This document shows positions 19,002-28,946 of a stretch of 64,000 nt of DNA, in pieces. Made by a program: the position numbers and the translations under genes. Below the pieces are notes generated by a model. The model ran no database searches. It saw only the letters and a list, made by a program, of their open reading frames with translations, and had not been told where the DNA came from. How positions within the stretch are numbered: position 1 is the first letter of the stretch; each line of letters starts with the position of its first letter. This stretch comes from Thermoplasmatales archaeon (GTDB lineage Archaea; Thermoplasmatota; Thermoplasmata; Thermoplasmatales; GCA-001856825). The stretch covers positions 2,122-66,121 of the forward strand of contig JAVYSX010000002.1 in the NCBI GenBank assembly GCA_038728965.1. Reading direction: 5' to 3'.

Positions 19002-19841
19002 ATGATCGAAATAGAGAATATTTCCAAAACATACGACAGAGTCTCTTACGCGCTTAGAAATATAAACTCAACTTTTAACGAAAGGCTCACGACAATCATA
19101 GGGAGGAATGGTGCAGGCAAAACTACTCTCGTCAGGATCCTCTCAACACAGCTAACGCCAACAGAAGGAGTTGCAAGGATAAACGGGCTCGATGTAATCA
19201 GAGATACAAAGAGAGTCCGCAAAATAATCAGCAGCATACCGCAGGAATCTCAATTGATCGGAATCCTTTCCCCCCTTGAGCAAATACAGCTTTACTTGAT
19301 CGCAAGGGGATACAGCGCGTCCGATGCTAGGAATCAGGGAAAGCAGGCGTTAGATGAACTTGAGATGTACGACTTCAAAGACGTCCCTTCAGATACGCTT
19401 TCTGGAGGTATGAAGAGGAAAGTATTTGTTGCGATGGCTCTTGCCTCGGGCGCCGATGTAATTTTCCTTGATGAACCCACCACGGGCCTCGATCCATTGT
19501 CTAGAGTTGAGGTCTGGTCAGCTATCAAAAGGCTTCCCTCCGACATTATACTTACTACGCACTACATGGAGGAGGCCCAGGAGCTTTCGAGGGAGGTTGT
19601 TGTCATTGATGGAGGGGCGATAATTGCGAAGGGAAAGATCAGCGACCTTCTATCCCCCTACAGAGGGAAGGTGAGGGCCGAGAAGGTAGACGGGAATGAA
19701 TTCGACATAAAGATTGCGAATATTGCTATAAGATACATAGAGGAATCCAGGATCGAAGAGTTCGTGAAGAGAGGGTACGACATCAAGAAGATAAGTCTGG
19801 ATGATATCTTTCTTTCCAAAGGTGTCATGCTTGAATCCTAA
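19002..19841 (+). CDS. ABC transporter ATP-binding protein
   Basis: Walker A GRNGAGKTT, signature LSGGMKRK, Walker B IFLDEPTTGLD and an H-loop TTHYM. Its start abuts the Lrp stop. Confidence 0.85.
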   Translation: MIEIENISKTYDRVSYALRNINSTFNERLTTIIGRNGAGKTTLVRILSTQLTPTEGVARINGLDVIRDTKRVRKIISSIPQESQLIGILSPLEQIQLYLIARGYSASDARNQGKQALDELEMYDFKDVPSDTLSGGMKRKVFVAMALASGADVIFLDEPTTGLDPLSRVEVWSAIKRLPSDIILTTHYMEEAQELSREVVVIDGGAIIAKGKISDLLSPYRGKVRAEKVDGNEFDIKIANIAIRYIEESRIEEFVKRGYDIKKISLDDIFLSKGVMLES

Positions 19842-20550
19842 GTTCATACTTTACTTCGCGTGGTATTATGGTTTCTACGTTATCATCAGGGGCCCATCAT
19901 ATCTACTTGCCTCCCTCTCCCTCCCTCTTACACTCCTCTTTATGGTTTACATTTTCTCTCATGGAACTCTCATCGCGTTTGCCGTTGCTGGAGGGCCCAT
20001 CGCAATAGTTGCGTCAAACAGCATAAACGGCGCCGCAGATGCTGCGTTTTTTAGATTACAGATAAGGATACAGGACCTTTTTGTGGCTACGAGCATATCC
20101 TCACAGGACTATATGCTGGCCCTATCACTCAGTTATCTGGTTTTCTCTCTACCAGGCATAGTCCTTTACGCATTCATGGGGGGCTATCTGGGTATATTCA
20201 CGCTTTCGTCTGCACTCCCAATAGTTGGTGTCCTAGTCCTGTTGACGCTCACAGTTTCCAATCTCTCATTTATAATCGCCGGGCTTCTAAAACACATAAG
20301 AAATGTATGGGGTATAACATCCATACTGTCAATAATAATGACAGTTCTCCCGCCAACATTCTATCCATTCTCATTCTTGCCGAAAGTTGCAATTTACGCC
20401 CTTTCAATTTCTCCTGTAACTCCCGCTGCTGTTCTACTGCAAGGGCTAGTAAAGCTTGAGCCGCTCCAGATCTCTATGATATTTATTCTTATATCTGAAA
20501 CAGTCATCCTCACAGTTCTCGGGAGAAGATTCATAAGGTGGAGGGAGTGA
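19801..20550 (+). CDS. ABC-2 type transporter permease
   Basis: 249 aa with 6 TM segments, overlapping the ATPase gene. Confidence 0.65.
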   Translation: MISFFPKVSCLNPKFILYFAWYYGFYVIIRGPSYLLASLSLPLTLLFMVYIFSHGTLIAFAVAGGPIAIVASNSINGAADAAFFRLQIRIQDLFVATSISSQDYMLALSLSYLVFSLPGIVLYAFMGGYLGIFTLSSALPIVGVLVLLTLTVSNLSFIIAGLLKHIRNVWGITSILSIIMTVLPPTFYPFSFLPKVAIYALSISPVTPAAVLLQGLVKLEPLQISMIFILISETVILTVLGRRFIRWRE

Positions 20551-20624
20551 CCAGACTAGATTTTTCTTGTTTGTATTTAAGGGCAAAACTCGCAATTTAG
20601 GTAAATGGTGGCGGATAATCGATA

Positions 20625-20645
20625 AGTTTATCTTAAAATATTGAT
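20625..20645 (+). promoter_or_regulatory. TATA-like promoter element for the SRP RNA
   Basis: GTTTATCTTAAAATATT ends about 10-25 nt upstream of the inferred SRP RNA 5' end. Confidence 0.35.
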
Positions 20646-20653
20646 AAGATAAA

Positions 20654-20961
20654 CCGCCAGGCTTGGCCGGGAGGATAGGCGTCTCCTGTGACTCGAAACC
20701 GTCTATATGCGAGGGCGACAACCGGTAGAGGTGGCAACAACGGCTACACATTCCCTGGAGGGGCTATGAAGCTCTGTCCTGTTGGATCCTGGTAGCGCAT
20801 CACCTTTCCGGAGGGAAAGGTGGTGTGAATGATCACGGGAACCCGCCAGGACCGGAAGGGAGCAACGGTTACGTGGACCAAGGATGCTGATAGGGGTGCG
20901 GAGCAGAGTGCCGAAGGGGGGAGATGTCATGCCGTTGACCTTCGATATCGGGAGCCTGGCA
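20654..20961 (+). ncRNA. ffs: signal recognition particle RNA (archaeal 7S / SRP RNA)
   Basis: Contains the helix-8 signature GGGAACCCGCCAGGACCGGAAGGGAGCAACGG. The 5' GCCAGGCT (20656) pairs with the 3' AGCCTGGC (20952-20959). Length is about 305 nt and the region is GC-rich relative to its flanks. Confidence 0.8.
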
Positions 20962-20996
20962 CTATCAGTTAAATATAACGTAAATATCTGATAGCG

Positions 20997-22088
20997 TTGA
21001 CAGATAGGAAGACTATTCACGATTCAATTTACGGGTCGATTGATCTGGACGGAACAGTATCAAGGATCGTGGAAACAAGGGAATTTCAGAGACTCAACTC
21101 CGTACGGCAGCTAGGGTTCACATATCTTGTATTCCCCGGGGCAACCCATTCCAGATTCGAACATTCGCTGGGAACTTATCATCTGTCCTTAAAGGCATCA
21201 GAAAACCTGAACCTGGGTGAAAAGAGCTCTAGACTTCTTTCACTTGCTGGTCTTCTTCATGACATCGGTCATTCACCGTTTTCTCATTCTCTGGAAAATG
21301 CTACTATCAGCCTCTATGGGAAGGACCACCTTGACGTCTCTCTCGACATAATAGAAGGAAAAACCCGCGACAATGAAATTTCTGATGTCCTGGGAGAGAT
21401 GAAATCGGATATATCGGACATACTCCGCGGAAAGGGCGGGATACTCAGTAGGTTAATCTCTGGGAATGGAGACCTTGATCAGATTGATTACCTGGCCAGG
21501 GATTCATATTACACCGGGGTTGCTCTTGGGGCGGTGGACATACCTAGAATTTTAAAGGTGCTGTGCATAAGCAGCACAGATCTATGCATTCTTGAGAAGG
21601 GTCTCCCCGCAGTAGAGGGTCTGATGGTCGCAAGGATGCTAATGTACAGGACTGTTTACAGGCACAAGACGGCACTTATTGCAGCGTCAGTTGCCAGTAA
21701 AGCTGTCGTAGAAATAAACCCTGACTATGATGACTTTGTTCAATGGAACGATTCAGATTTGATGTGCATTCTAAAACGAGAAAAGCCAGAGGTATACCAA
21801 ATGCTCAAATACAGGAAGCTGCCCAAGGGAATAATCTTGAGGAGGAATGAAACGGAGTTTGACGAGGTAGTTGCGAGCCTAGGCGGTCTGTTAATAACTC
21901 ATCAATATTTCGGATCACCTTACAAGAAGGAGCTATTGAAGATCAAAACTGAAGATGGCCTTAAGCTGATAACGGATTTCTCATTAGTTATGCAATTTCT
22001 AGAGAGAGAACTTGAGGGATTGGGTCTGATAGTCTTTAAACCTGAGGTGGAAGGCGAAGTGAGGAGAATGGTCAGCGAAGTAAAGTAG
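20997..22088 (+). CDS. HD-domain phosphohydrolase (dNTP triphosphohydrolase/SAMHD1-like, COG1078-type)
   Basis: 363 aa with THSRFEHSLGTYHL, LLHDIGHSPFSH and DQIDYLARDSYYTGV. Confidence 0.8.
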   Translation: MTDRKTIHDSIYGSIDLDGTVSRIVETREFQRLNSVRQLGFTYLVFPGATHSRFEHSLGTYHLSLKASENLNLGEKSSRLLSLAGLLHDIGHSPFSHSLENATISLYGKDHLDVSLDIIEGKTRDNEISDVLGEMKSDISDILRGKGGILSRLISGNGDLDQIDYLARDSYYTGVALGAVDIPRILKVLCISSTDLCILEKGLPAVEGLMVARMLMYRTVYRHKTALIAASVASKAVVEINPDYDDFVQWNDSDLMCILKREKPEVYQMLKYRKLPKGIILRRNETEFDEVVASLGGLLITHQYFGSPYKKELLKIKTEDGLKLITDFSLVMQFLERELEGLGLIVFKPEVEGEVRRMVSEVK

Positions 22089-22152
22089 TGTGCAAGATGG
22101 ATCTCTACCTTCGCCGGAGGGAAAGCATTTTAGCCATTAACCACTTTCAACT

Positions 22153-22713
22153 GTGCTCAAACCCGTAGGCAAGAGAGCTTCAGAACTATTTATGAAGGAT
22201 GTTGTGTCATTCAGCTCTTTCCCAGATAAGGAGATGTACCTCTGTTTCCTTCCCGAGGTGACGGGAGTAGAAGAGAACATGCTGACGGAATCTACCAATA
22301 ATTTCCTTGTGCTCGTATTTCCAATGGGCGTGGAATTTTCTGAGAATATAGTACAGAGTGAAAGTATACTAAGAAGGATGGAGAGGAGGAGATCTAGGAT
22401 TGTTATCTATGATGACGAAATGAGGAAATTCCAAAGTTATGCATTCTCAAAACTTTTAGAGATAAGGGATCACCTGATTTACCTTCTCCACCTCGCTTAT
22501 TCTCAGAGGAGCGATCTGTTCCTTGGGAGGGAGGCTCTCGGGTTGGCATACACCAAGATAAGGTATGATCCGGTTTCAGCAGTCGAAAGCCTGAAGTACA
22601 GCCCCTGGTATGCTGCTGGGAAAGAGGAAGTGTTCTCTTTCTCAAAATATAGAATTGGCCATATGGTTAGCCCTGATGTGAACGAAGTATTTGTTGTTAC
22701 ATTCAGGGAATAG
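22153..22713 (+). CDS. hypothetical protein
   Basis: 186 aa ORF with a GTG start (alternative start MKDVV...). No motif recognised. Its coding status rests only on length and the lack of competing ORFs. Confidence 0.4.
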   Translation: MLKPVGKRASELFMKDVVSFSSFPDKEMYLCFLPEVTGVEENMLTESTNNFLVLVFPMGVEFSENIVQSESILRRMERRRSRIVIYDDEMRKFQSYAFSKLLEIRDHLIYLLHLAYSQRSDLFLGREALGLAYTKIRYDPVSAVESLKYSPWYAAGKEEVFSFSKYRIGHMVSPDVNEVFVVTFRE

Positions 22714-22796
22714 CACGACGTAGGGCAACCTGTGCTACCATTATTCTCACCTTAAATTTAAGAAAATTAGATTAACAAATTCAAATTAAGGACACC

Positions 22797-23876
22797 ATGG
22801 ACGTTGAAAAGCTTTTTGACCTTAACCAGAACGTTGAAGGGATCCTTATATATAATAGAGACGAGAGCTGCACAGACCATTCATTTTTTTATTTCACCCA
22901 GTTGACAAGAGGTGGGCTATTTGAAGGTTCATACGTATTCCTTACAAGGAAGGGGCTCACCGTAATAACAAGTCAACTCGAGGAAGAGACAGCAAGACAG
23001 GAGGCCATAGACGTACAGGTTTTCTCTTCAGCAAAGGAGAGGGACGACATTCTGAAGAATGTAACTTCCGGTATCAGTTTTTTGGGCATCAATTTCTCCG
23101 GGCTCTCGCATAGAGATTTTGTTCAGCTCAGGGAAAAACTACCTGATAAGGAATTCATAGATGTTGGAGAGTCGATATCGAGTCTGAGGCAGGTCAAATC
23201 TGAGAGGGAGTTATCTAGGATCAAAGAGGCAGCCAAGATAGTCTCAAAAGTTGGCGAGAAAATACCAGAAATGCTGAAGGAGGGTATGACAGAGGGTGAA
23301 CTGGCTGCGCGGGTTAGTTATGAAATGATGAAGGAAGGCGCATCATCCCCAAGCTTCGATACAATTGTTGCATTCGGGTCAGATTCATCAGAACCTCACT
23401 TCTCCGGTGGCAGCAGGAAACTGAAAAAGGGGGATATAGTATTAGTAGACTTCGGGGCAAAATACGAGAGGTACTGCTCCGACATGACGAGGACATTCTT
23501 CTTTGGTAAGCCGGAGAATGAGATGATTGAGGTATACAATACAGTTCTTGAGGCTCAGAAGAAAGGTATAGATTCGATATCTGCGGGGAAAAACGGAAAA
23601 GATATAGACGCCGCAGCACGGAAAATCATAGATTCATCAAAGTTCAAAGGCAGATTTATTCACAGTTTAGGCCATGGGATAGGGCTAGAGGTGCATGATC
23701 ATTCTGCGCTCAACTCTTCGACAGACTTCTTCCTTAAGGAGAACATGGCAATCACTGTCGAACCCGGAATATATATACCGAAGAAGGGCGGGGTGAGGAT
23801 AGAAGACGACGTGATCGTGACATCTAATGGCTGTCAGGTGATCACGACTGCACCGAAGGAATTGTTAATAGTATGA
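22797..23876 (+). CDS. Xaa-Pro peptidase (M24B family)
   Basis: 359 aa with metal ligands in VDFGAKYERYCSDMTRT, HSLGHGIGLEVHD, ITVEPGIY and VRIEDDV. Confidence 0.85.
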   Translation: MDVEKLFDLNQNVEGILIYNRDESCTDHSFFYFTQLTRGGLFEGSYVFLTRKGLTVITSQLEEETARQEAIDVQVFSSAKERDDILKNVTSGISFLGINFSGLSHRDFVQLREKLPDKEFIDVGESISSLRQVKSERELSRIKEAAKIVSKVGEKIPEMLKEGMTEGELAARVSYEMMKEGASSPSFDTIVAFGSDSSEPHFSGGSRKLKKGDIVLVDFGAKYERYCSDMTRTFFFGKPENEMIEVYNTVLEAQKKGIDSISAGKNGKDIDAAARKIIDSSKFKGRFIHSLGHGIGLEVHDHSALNSSTDFFLKENMAITVEPGIYIPKKGGVRIEDDVIVTSNGCQVITTAPKELLIV

Positions 23877-24955
23877 AGGAAGAGATACTTGGAAAATATC
23901 CGTTCCTAAAAAAAGGTCTTATCCAATATCTGGGTGAAGGTATTCTAATTGAATCGTTTCTGAGGGATAATGAGTACTATGTAGAGAAGGCATCTGAGCT
24001 TCTTTACTCAATGGTGAACGGTGAAGAGGTCTCTTTCCCTTTGGAAGCAGAAGAGAGGGTAAGGCTCTATATCATAACCAAGATACTGTTGACATTCATA
24101 CGCGATTATTTCATCTCCGCGAGATACGCTATAAGGGAGAGAAAGGTGATATACGAAACCTTTGAGAGTGAAACGGATGAGAAAGTTATCAGGATGGTGT
24201 CAGGAGAACTTGGTATAGACATTGAGAAAACAGAAGAAAGATATTCCATACCTCTGCAAGCTTTCCTAAGGAATTCCGTAGTATTTAACGATAGGGAACT
24301 TCATCTCTGCAACCAGGAACTGAGAAATGGGATGGTGGTTGCAACAAAGCATGTTCTTGCAAAGATTGTCAGAGAGGCGTTTTACAGAAGGTATATGAAG
24401 GAAGTGAATGACCTGGTTGAATTTCCTGTTGGCGTGGAGGAATTTCTCAGGCCATTCGTTAGTAAAATTGTTGCCAGGGGAGATGAGATAAGGCAGGAAA
24501 GGGCGTATCTAGGACCACTTAATGAAAAATCTTTCCCTCCGTGTTTGAAGGAAATCATAGAGGAAATGAAGAAAGGAATGAACGTTTCCCATGCCGGCAG
24601 GTTCTACCTGGTAACATTCCTTCACAGGATAGGTCTTCCAAACGAAGAAATAATAAAGTATTTCGGGGACGTTCCGGACTATGCCGAGAAAGTTACACGG
24701 TACCAGGTAGAGCATATTACGGGAACAGGTAGGGGAAGGGAGTATAGCGTTCCATCGTGTCAAACGCTTGCATCACTGGGTCTTTGCTACAAGGAGCGCG
24801 ATCAGTTATGCAGTTCTGGGAGGATAAAGCATCCCCTGAGCTATTACAGGATCAGGAATCTAGCCGATAGATCTGTAGGACAGAACCGCCCTGTAAACGG
24901 AGTTGATAAGTCCGGCCACCCCCAAAATAATGAGAATCCACGAGGTAACATATAG
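23873..24955 (+). CDS. priL: DNA primase large subunit
   Basis: 360 aa. Fe-S cysteines are in FPPCLKEI and SVPSCQTLASLGLCYKERDQLC, followed by HPLSYY. A 4-nt ATGA overlap links it to the peptidase gene. Confidence 0.8.
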   Translation: MKEEILGKYPFLKKGLIQYLGEGILIESFLRDNEYYVEKASELLYSMVNGEEVSFPLEAEERVRLYIITKILLTFIRDYFISARYAIRERKVIYETFESETDEKVIRMVSGELGIDIEKTEERYSIPLQAFLRNSVVFNDRELHLCNQELRNGMVVATKHVLAKIVREAFYRRYMKEVNDLVEFPVGVEEFLRPFVSKIVARGDEIRQERAYLGPLNEKSFPPCLKEIIEEMKKGMNVSHAGRFYLVTFLHRIGLPNEEIIKYFGDVPDYAEKVTRYQVEHITGTGRGREYSVPSCQTLASLGLCYKERDQLCSSGRIKHPLSYYRIRNLADRSVGQNRPVNGVDKSGHPQNNENPRGNI

Positions 24956-25453
24956 CCCAAGGAATTTGAAATCATAAAGGACTGCCTGGAGGATGATACC
25001 GGCGAGGATAATAACGAGCCTGTCTGCCCTTCCCGGGAAACCGCCGTAAATCCTCTTAAGTCCTACTGCCTGAGATTGCGTTCCAACATAACTTGTCATG
25101 AAAGTTCCTGAGATACCGAGGATGCCAAGATAGGGATTTCCAAAATGGCTGACAGACAGTGCTGCAATTATCACGATGTCAGAATATCTGTCCAGCAGGT
25201 GATCGAGGAAATCTCCCCTCTTTGATGCCTTTCCAAATATGCGGGCAACTGCCCCGTCAAGAGCATCAAGGTAGGACGCGATTATGAGAATGAAGAACGA
25301 GCCAATGAGGTAATTTAGGTAGAACGCGACGCCGAATAATATTGAAATAATGAAAGCAAGCAGTGTGAGCACGTTAGGAGATATATTTGGTAAGCGTGAC
25401 GCAACACCTTCGGTCAAGAATGAAGCCTTCCCCCTCAATTTATCTAGTACCAA
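24860..25453 (-). CDS. CDP-alcohol phosphatidyltransferase (archaetidyl-serine/inositol-phosphate synthase type)
   Basis: DALDGAVARIFGKASKRGDFLDHLLDRYSD matches the D-x2-D-G-x2-A-R-x8-G-x3-D-x3-D motif. 197 aa with about 5 TM segments. Confidence 0.85.
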   Translation of the reverse strand: MVLDKLRGKASFLTEGVASRLPNISPNVLTLLAFIISILFGVAFYLNYLIGSFFILIIASYLDALDGAVARIFGKASKRGDFLDHLLDRYSDIVIIAALSVSHFGNPYLGILGISGTFMTSYVGTQSQAVGLKRIYGGFPGRADRLVIILAGIILQAVLYDFKFLGLYVTSWILIILGVAGLINSVYRAVLSYRSIG

Positions 25454-25929
25454 TCCAGTATCTCCCCCATTAGATCTATCTTCTCCCCCGGTGATATTTC
25501 TCCTTTAATTATTCTTTCTATCACGTCTGCAGTACGCCCTACATCATCATTCATCAGTTCATAGGTTTTCTCCGGATGAATAGATAGAGATTCTTCACCT
25601 ATGAGATCTATAGCCTCGCATTCCACATTTTCCACAACCTTTTTTCTATCATATCCCCTGTCAGCCAATCTTTTAGCAATATCCTTCAGGTGTGCCCTGA
25701 GAACTATGACCATATCGCACCTTGCGTAATGAGAAAGATGGCCGAAGTACATCCCCCTCTTCCTAATTCTCCTGATGCACTTTTCATCTATAATAGCTTC
25801 ACCATCTTCGTAGCTCTCGATGCAATTTGCAACCAGCTCGTCGAATTCGTGCACGTCGTACCCCCTTTTCCTCATCTCCTCCATCAAAGTGCTCTTACCA
25901 GCGCCAGGCGTCCCAGTGATGCATATCAT
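25444..25929 (-). CDS. adenylate kinase isoenzyme-6/Fap7-like NTPase
   Basis: 161 aa with the N-terminal P-loop ICITGTPGAGKST. Size and layout match archaeal AK6. Confidence 0.7.
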   Translation of the reverse strand: MICITGTPGAGKSTLMEEMRKRGYDVHEFDELVANCIESYEDGEAIIDEKCIRRIRKRGMYFGHLSHYARCDMVIVLRAHLKDIAKRLADRGYDRKKVVENVECEAIDLIGEESLSIHPEKTYELMNDDVGRTADVIERIIKGEISPGEKIDLMGEILDWY

Positions 25930-27197
25930 TTTATAACCCCCAGTTTAAGAGGCCTCGCAAGGTGTCTCCTGGCGATTATCGGTACCTCGTAAAAGCCCTC
26001 CGATATGCTTCTCTCCTCAACAGACTCTATGCCGTACCTAGATCTCGAACCACATTTTCTGCATCTGAAACCTGCATTTTTCCCCATGCTTTCCATCTTT
26101 TTCCCGCATTTTCTGCACGTCGGGGGTGATATAACCTTTACAGTTGAGAGTTTCTTTATCTGGATCTTCTCAACATTAATGTACCCAAGCCTGGTAATCC
26201 CGCCATATACTCTCACTAGATCCCCCTTTCTAAGGCTTGAGATAATTGAGCGAAATTGCTTAGTAGGTTCCATCGCAACAGCAACGATATTTCCGCTTTT
26301 ATCCTCCACGGGGAACTGAACAATCCCCCCTCGCATATGTATCGGATTATGATTCAGATAACCTTCTATTATTGATGATTGATAGATTTTCGAATCGCGG
26401 ATGTCTCTTTTCATTAAATGATCATCAGTACCCTGATTTGTCATATATATGATGTATGACCTGTAAGGTTCACTCTTAACATTGATCCTGTGTTTTGCCA
26501 GAAGTTCCGGATCAGTGCCCCGTAGTCCAAACAGGACCGGGGTCTTGGTAGAGGGCCTGATAGCACTGTACCTGTTTTCGAAATCGTAGCTATCAAACAT
26601 ATCGCTATAGTTCCTTTCCAGATATATGGCACTCTCATCATCAACGTAGTGCTCCCCGCTCCATCTGGTAGGTTCAAGATAGGCTATGAGCTCGTATGTT
26701 ACGGTTTCCGCCGGCCAGCTCATTGCGGCATTTGCCCCGACAATTCCAACATTTCCATTGATCGTACTGATTTTTCCGACTATTCTTCCCAAAACATTCG
26801 TGAAATCTACGAATTCACGGACTGCATCCCAGTAATACTGGGGATTTGGTCTCTCATCGGATACTATGAGGGCTGGATTGGTCTCCTTGTCCTGCGGCGA
26901 GAATCTTTCGATGACTGACATTATATCTACATCGATTTTCTCCGGAGCGTATTTTTCATAAGAATAAACCGGCTCATCATCTACCATTCCTACAATTCTT
27001 TTGCTTCCGTACCCCCTGCCAAGGAGCATAGAAATTGCCCCGTTACCCCTCGTCTTGATTGGTATATTGGGGTTCAGTCTAACAAGTTTTGGGAATCCTA
27101 TCAAGTCTAGGCTTGTCCTTTTTAATATCTCGACAGTTAGATAGGTTGTGCACATCTCTCTGCTTGAGTCTGTATCATCTATCCCGATAATTGGCAC
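25926..27197 (-). CDS. tiaS: tRNA(Ile2) 2-agmatinylcytidine synthetase
   Basis: 423 aa. N-terminus IIGIDDTDSSREMCTTYL plus a C-terminal zinc ribbon CRKCGKKM...CRKCG. Confidence 0.8.
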   Translation of the reverse strand: MPIIGIDDTDSSREMCTTYLTVEILKRTSLDLIGFPKLVRLNPNIPIKTRGNGAISMLLGRGYGSKRIVGMVDDEPVYSYEKYAPEKIDVDIMSVIERFSPQDKETNPALIVSDERPNPQYYWDAVREFVDFTNVLGRIVGKISTINGNVGIVGANAAMSWPAETVTYELIAYLEPTRWSGEHYVDDESAIYLERNYSDMFDSYDFENRYSAIRPSTKTPVLFGLRGTDPELLAKHRINVKSEPYRSYIIYMTNQGTDDHLMKRDIRDSKIYQSSIIEGYLNHNPIHMRGGIVQFPVEDKSGNIVAVAMEPTKQFRSIISSLRKGDLVRVYGGITRLGYINVEKIQIKKLSTVKVISPPTCRKCGKKMESMGKNAGFRCRKCGSRSRYGIESVEERSISEGFYEVPIIARRHLARPLKLGVIK

Positions 27198-27985
27198 TAC
27201 CTTCCGTACCTCCTACGTCGCTTCTGAAAATCTCCGATTGCTTTAAGCAGATCGAGCTTGGTTATTTCCGGCCAGTAGACATCGGTGAAGTATAGCTCGG
27301 AATAGGCAGACTGCCATAGCAGGAAATTGCTTATCCTCTCTTCTCCGGATGTCCTTATTATCAGGTCAGGGTCATCTATCTCGCCAGTGTAAAGGTACTT
27401 CTCAATAGTCTTCTCGTCTATATTCTCCGGTTCAATTTTTCCCCTCTTCACATCTCTCGATATGCTCCTAATTGCGTCGAGTATCTCTTCCCTTCCTCCG
27501 TAAGCAATGGCAACATTAAGTAGAAATTTATCGAAACTCTTTGTGAACTCCTCTGCCCTCATGGCCGCTTCTCTAACATTTTCTGGAAGGAGATCGATCT
27601 TACCTATTAATCTAACCCTTATCCTATTCTTTATGACCCTCGGGTCCCTCGTAATATCATCAAAACTATGAGCGTAAAGGTTCATTAGGTAGTGTATCTC
27701 TGAGGAGTCGCGCTTGAAGTTCTCTGTCGAAAATGCATAGACAGTGACAATCTTTATGCCTATGTCAAAGCACCAGTCCAGGAAGTTCTCCAGTTTTTCC
27801 TTACCTAATTCATGACCCTCGTCAGCAGATTTGTGTAACATCCTCGCAAATCTTCTGTTGCCGTCCATTATCACAGCTATGTGTTTTGGTAGCGGCTTCT
27901 TCTTTATCTCTTGCAAAAGGTTCTCTTCATATCTTTCTCTTATGGCAGATAATATGGAACTGAAGAGACCCTCCCTCGGCATCAC
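27197..27985 (-). CDS. uppS: cis-prenyltransferase (undecaprenyl/tritrans,polycis-polyprenyl diphosphate synthase)
   Basis: HIAVIMDGNRRFA, YAFSTENFKR, IRTSGEERISNFLLWQSAYSELYF. Confidence 0.9.
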   Translation of the reverse strand: MMPREGLFSSILSAIRERYEENLLQEIKKKPLPKHIAVIMDGNRRFARMLHKSADEGHELGKEKLENFLDWCFDIGIKIVTVYAFSTENFKRDSSEIHYLMNLYAHSFDDITRDPRVIKNRIRVRLIGKIDLLPENVREAAMRAEEFTKSFDKFLLNVAIAYGGREEILDAIRSISRDVKRGKIEPENIDEKTIEKYLYTGEIDDPDLIIRTSGEERISNFLLWQSAYSELYFTDVYWPEITKLDLLKAIGDFQKRRRRYGR

Positions 27986-28012
27986 TCATTAATAACTCAA
28001 AGGAATTAATCA

Positions 28013-28906
28013 TTACCCTTTGAGAAGACGGTAATAGACAAGGGATGAAGACGGAGAATAGCCATGGACTGTCAACCTTTCTAGCACATTCCAACCGTGG
28101 AGGGTCAGTGGCTTATCTTTAGACTCTATGCTAGTTAGATGTACGATAACACCCCTATGAAATTGTTTCAGGATATCCAGGGTGATATCCAAGGGCTGAG
28201 CGGGATTATTCATTACAACTTGACTGGCGTTTCTCCAGCAAGGGGACAGCAAGTAGGAATCACCGAGTATTATTTCCGGGGATGTGTGGTTTAGTCTCGA
28301 GTTTTCTCGCAGAAGTCTTATAGCATCTGGATTAATGTCTACGGAGATGACCCTTAATCCACTCTTTGACAGGGGGATAGAGATAGGACCAACCCCCGCG
28401 TACATATCAACAACAAGAGATTTTTCTCCGGATGACGTAATTCTATCAGCGATAATTCTCCTCAATGTAGATAACCTAGGTGAGAAATAAACCTTGTTTA
28501 AATCGACCAAGTACCTGAAACCGTACTCCTTGTGAATCCCGGTGGGAGAACCTGAACCATAAACAAGCTTAAGGTTCCTTATTCTTAGTCTGCCTTCTAC
28601 TCCGTAGTCTAGAAATACAGCCCTAGGTTTCTGCTTTCGAATAATCTCTGAAAGTATTAGCTCCCACCCCTCCCTCTCCCGTATAATAAAAAAATCAGCG
28701 ATTCTATCAAAACTTCCGACGTGTTTCATGTTTTCGTCTTTACTTTCATAAAATTCAGCGAGTTCCCCAGATTCAAAAACAGGAATTAGAACAGAATCCC
28801 CGTCCCTCATTATCCTATAGCCGGGTCGAATTTTCCCCTCTTTCCTCAGCTTCAAGATCTCATCTTTGGCCAGATCTTTATTCACTCTAAAGCATGGCAA
28901 TCTCAA
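28013..28906 (-). CDS. Trm5/Taw2-family SAM-dependent tRNA methyltransferase (Met-10+ domain)
   Basis: 297 aa with VVDMYAGVGPISIPL (motif I), ISVDINPDA and VVMNNPAQ (an NPPY-like motif). Confidence 0.7.
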   Translation of the reverse strand: MRLPCFRVNKDLAKDEILKLRKEGKIRPGYRIMRDGDSVLIPVFESGELAEFYESKDENMKHVGSFDRIADFFIIREREGWELILSEIIRKQKPRAVFLDYGVEGRLRIRNLKLVYGSGSPTGIHKEYGFRYLVDLNKVYFSPRLSTLRRIIADRITSSGEKSLVVDMYAGVGPISIPLSKSGLRVISVDINPDAIRLLRENSRLNHTSPEIILGDSYLLSPCWRNASQVVMNNPAQPLDITLDILKQFHRGVIVHLTSIESKDKPLTLHGWNVLERLTVHGYSPSSSLVYYRLLKG

Positions 28907-28946
28907 TGGGGAAAAATGTATTTATCTAATTTAACTTTGAGATACG

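Noticed and set aside
20446-21020. Two minus-strand ORFs (101 aa and 105 aa) listed in the track across 20446-21020
   Set aside because: They lie antisense over the SRP RNA (20654-20961), which carries the diagnostic helix-8 motif on the + strand. Their translations are Pro/Arg/Ser/Cys-rich, typical of GC-rich structured RNA read in a wrong frame.
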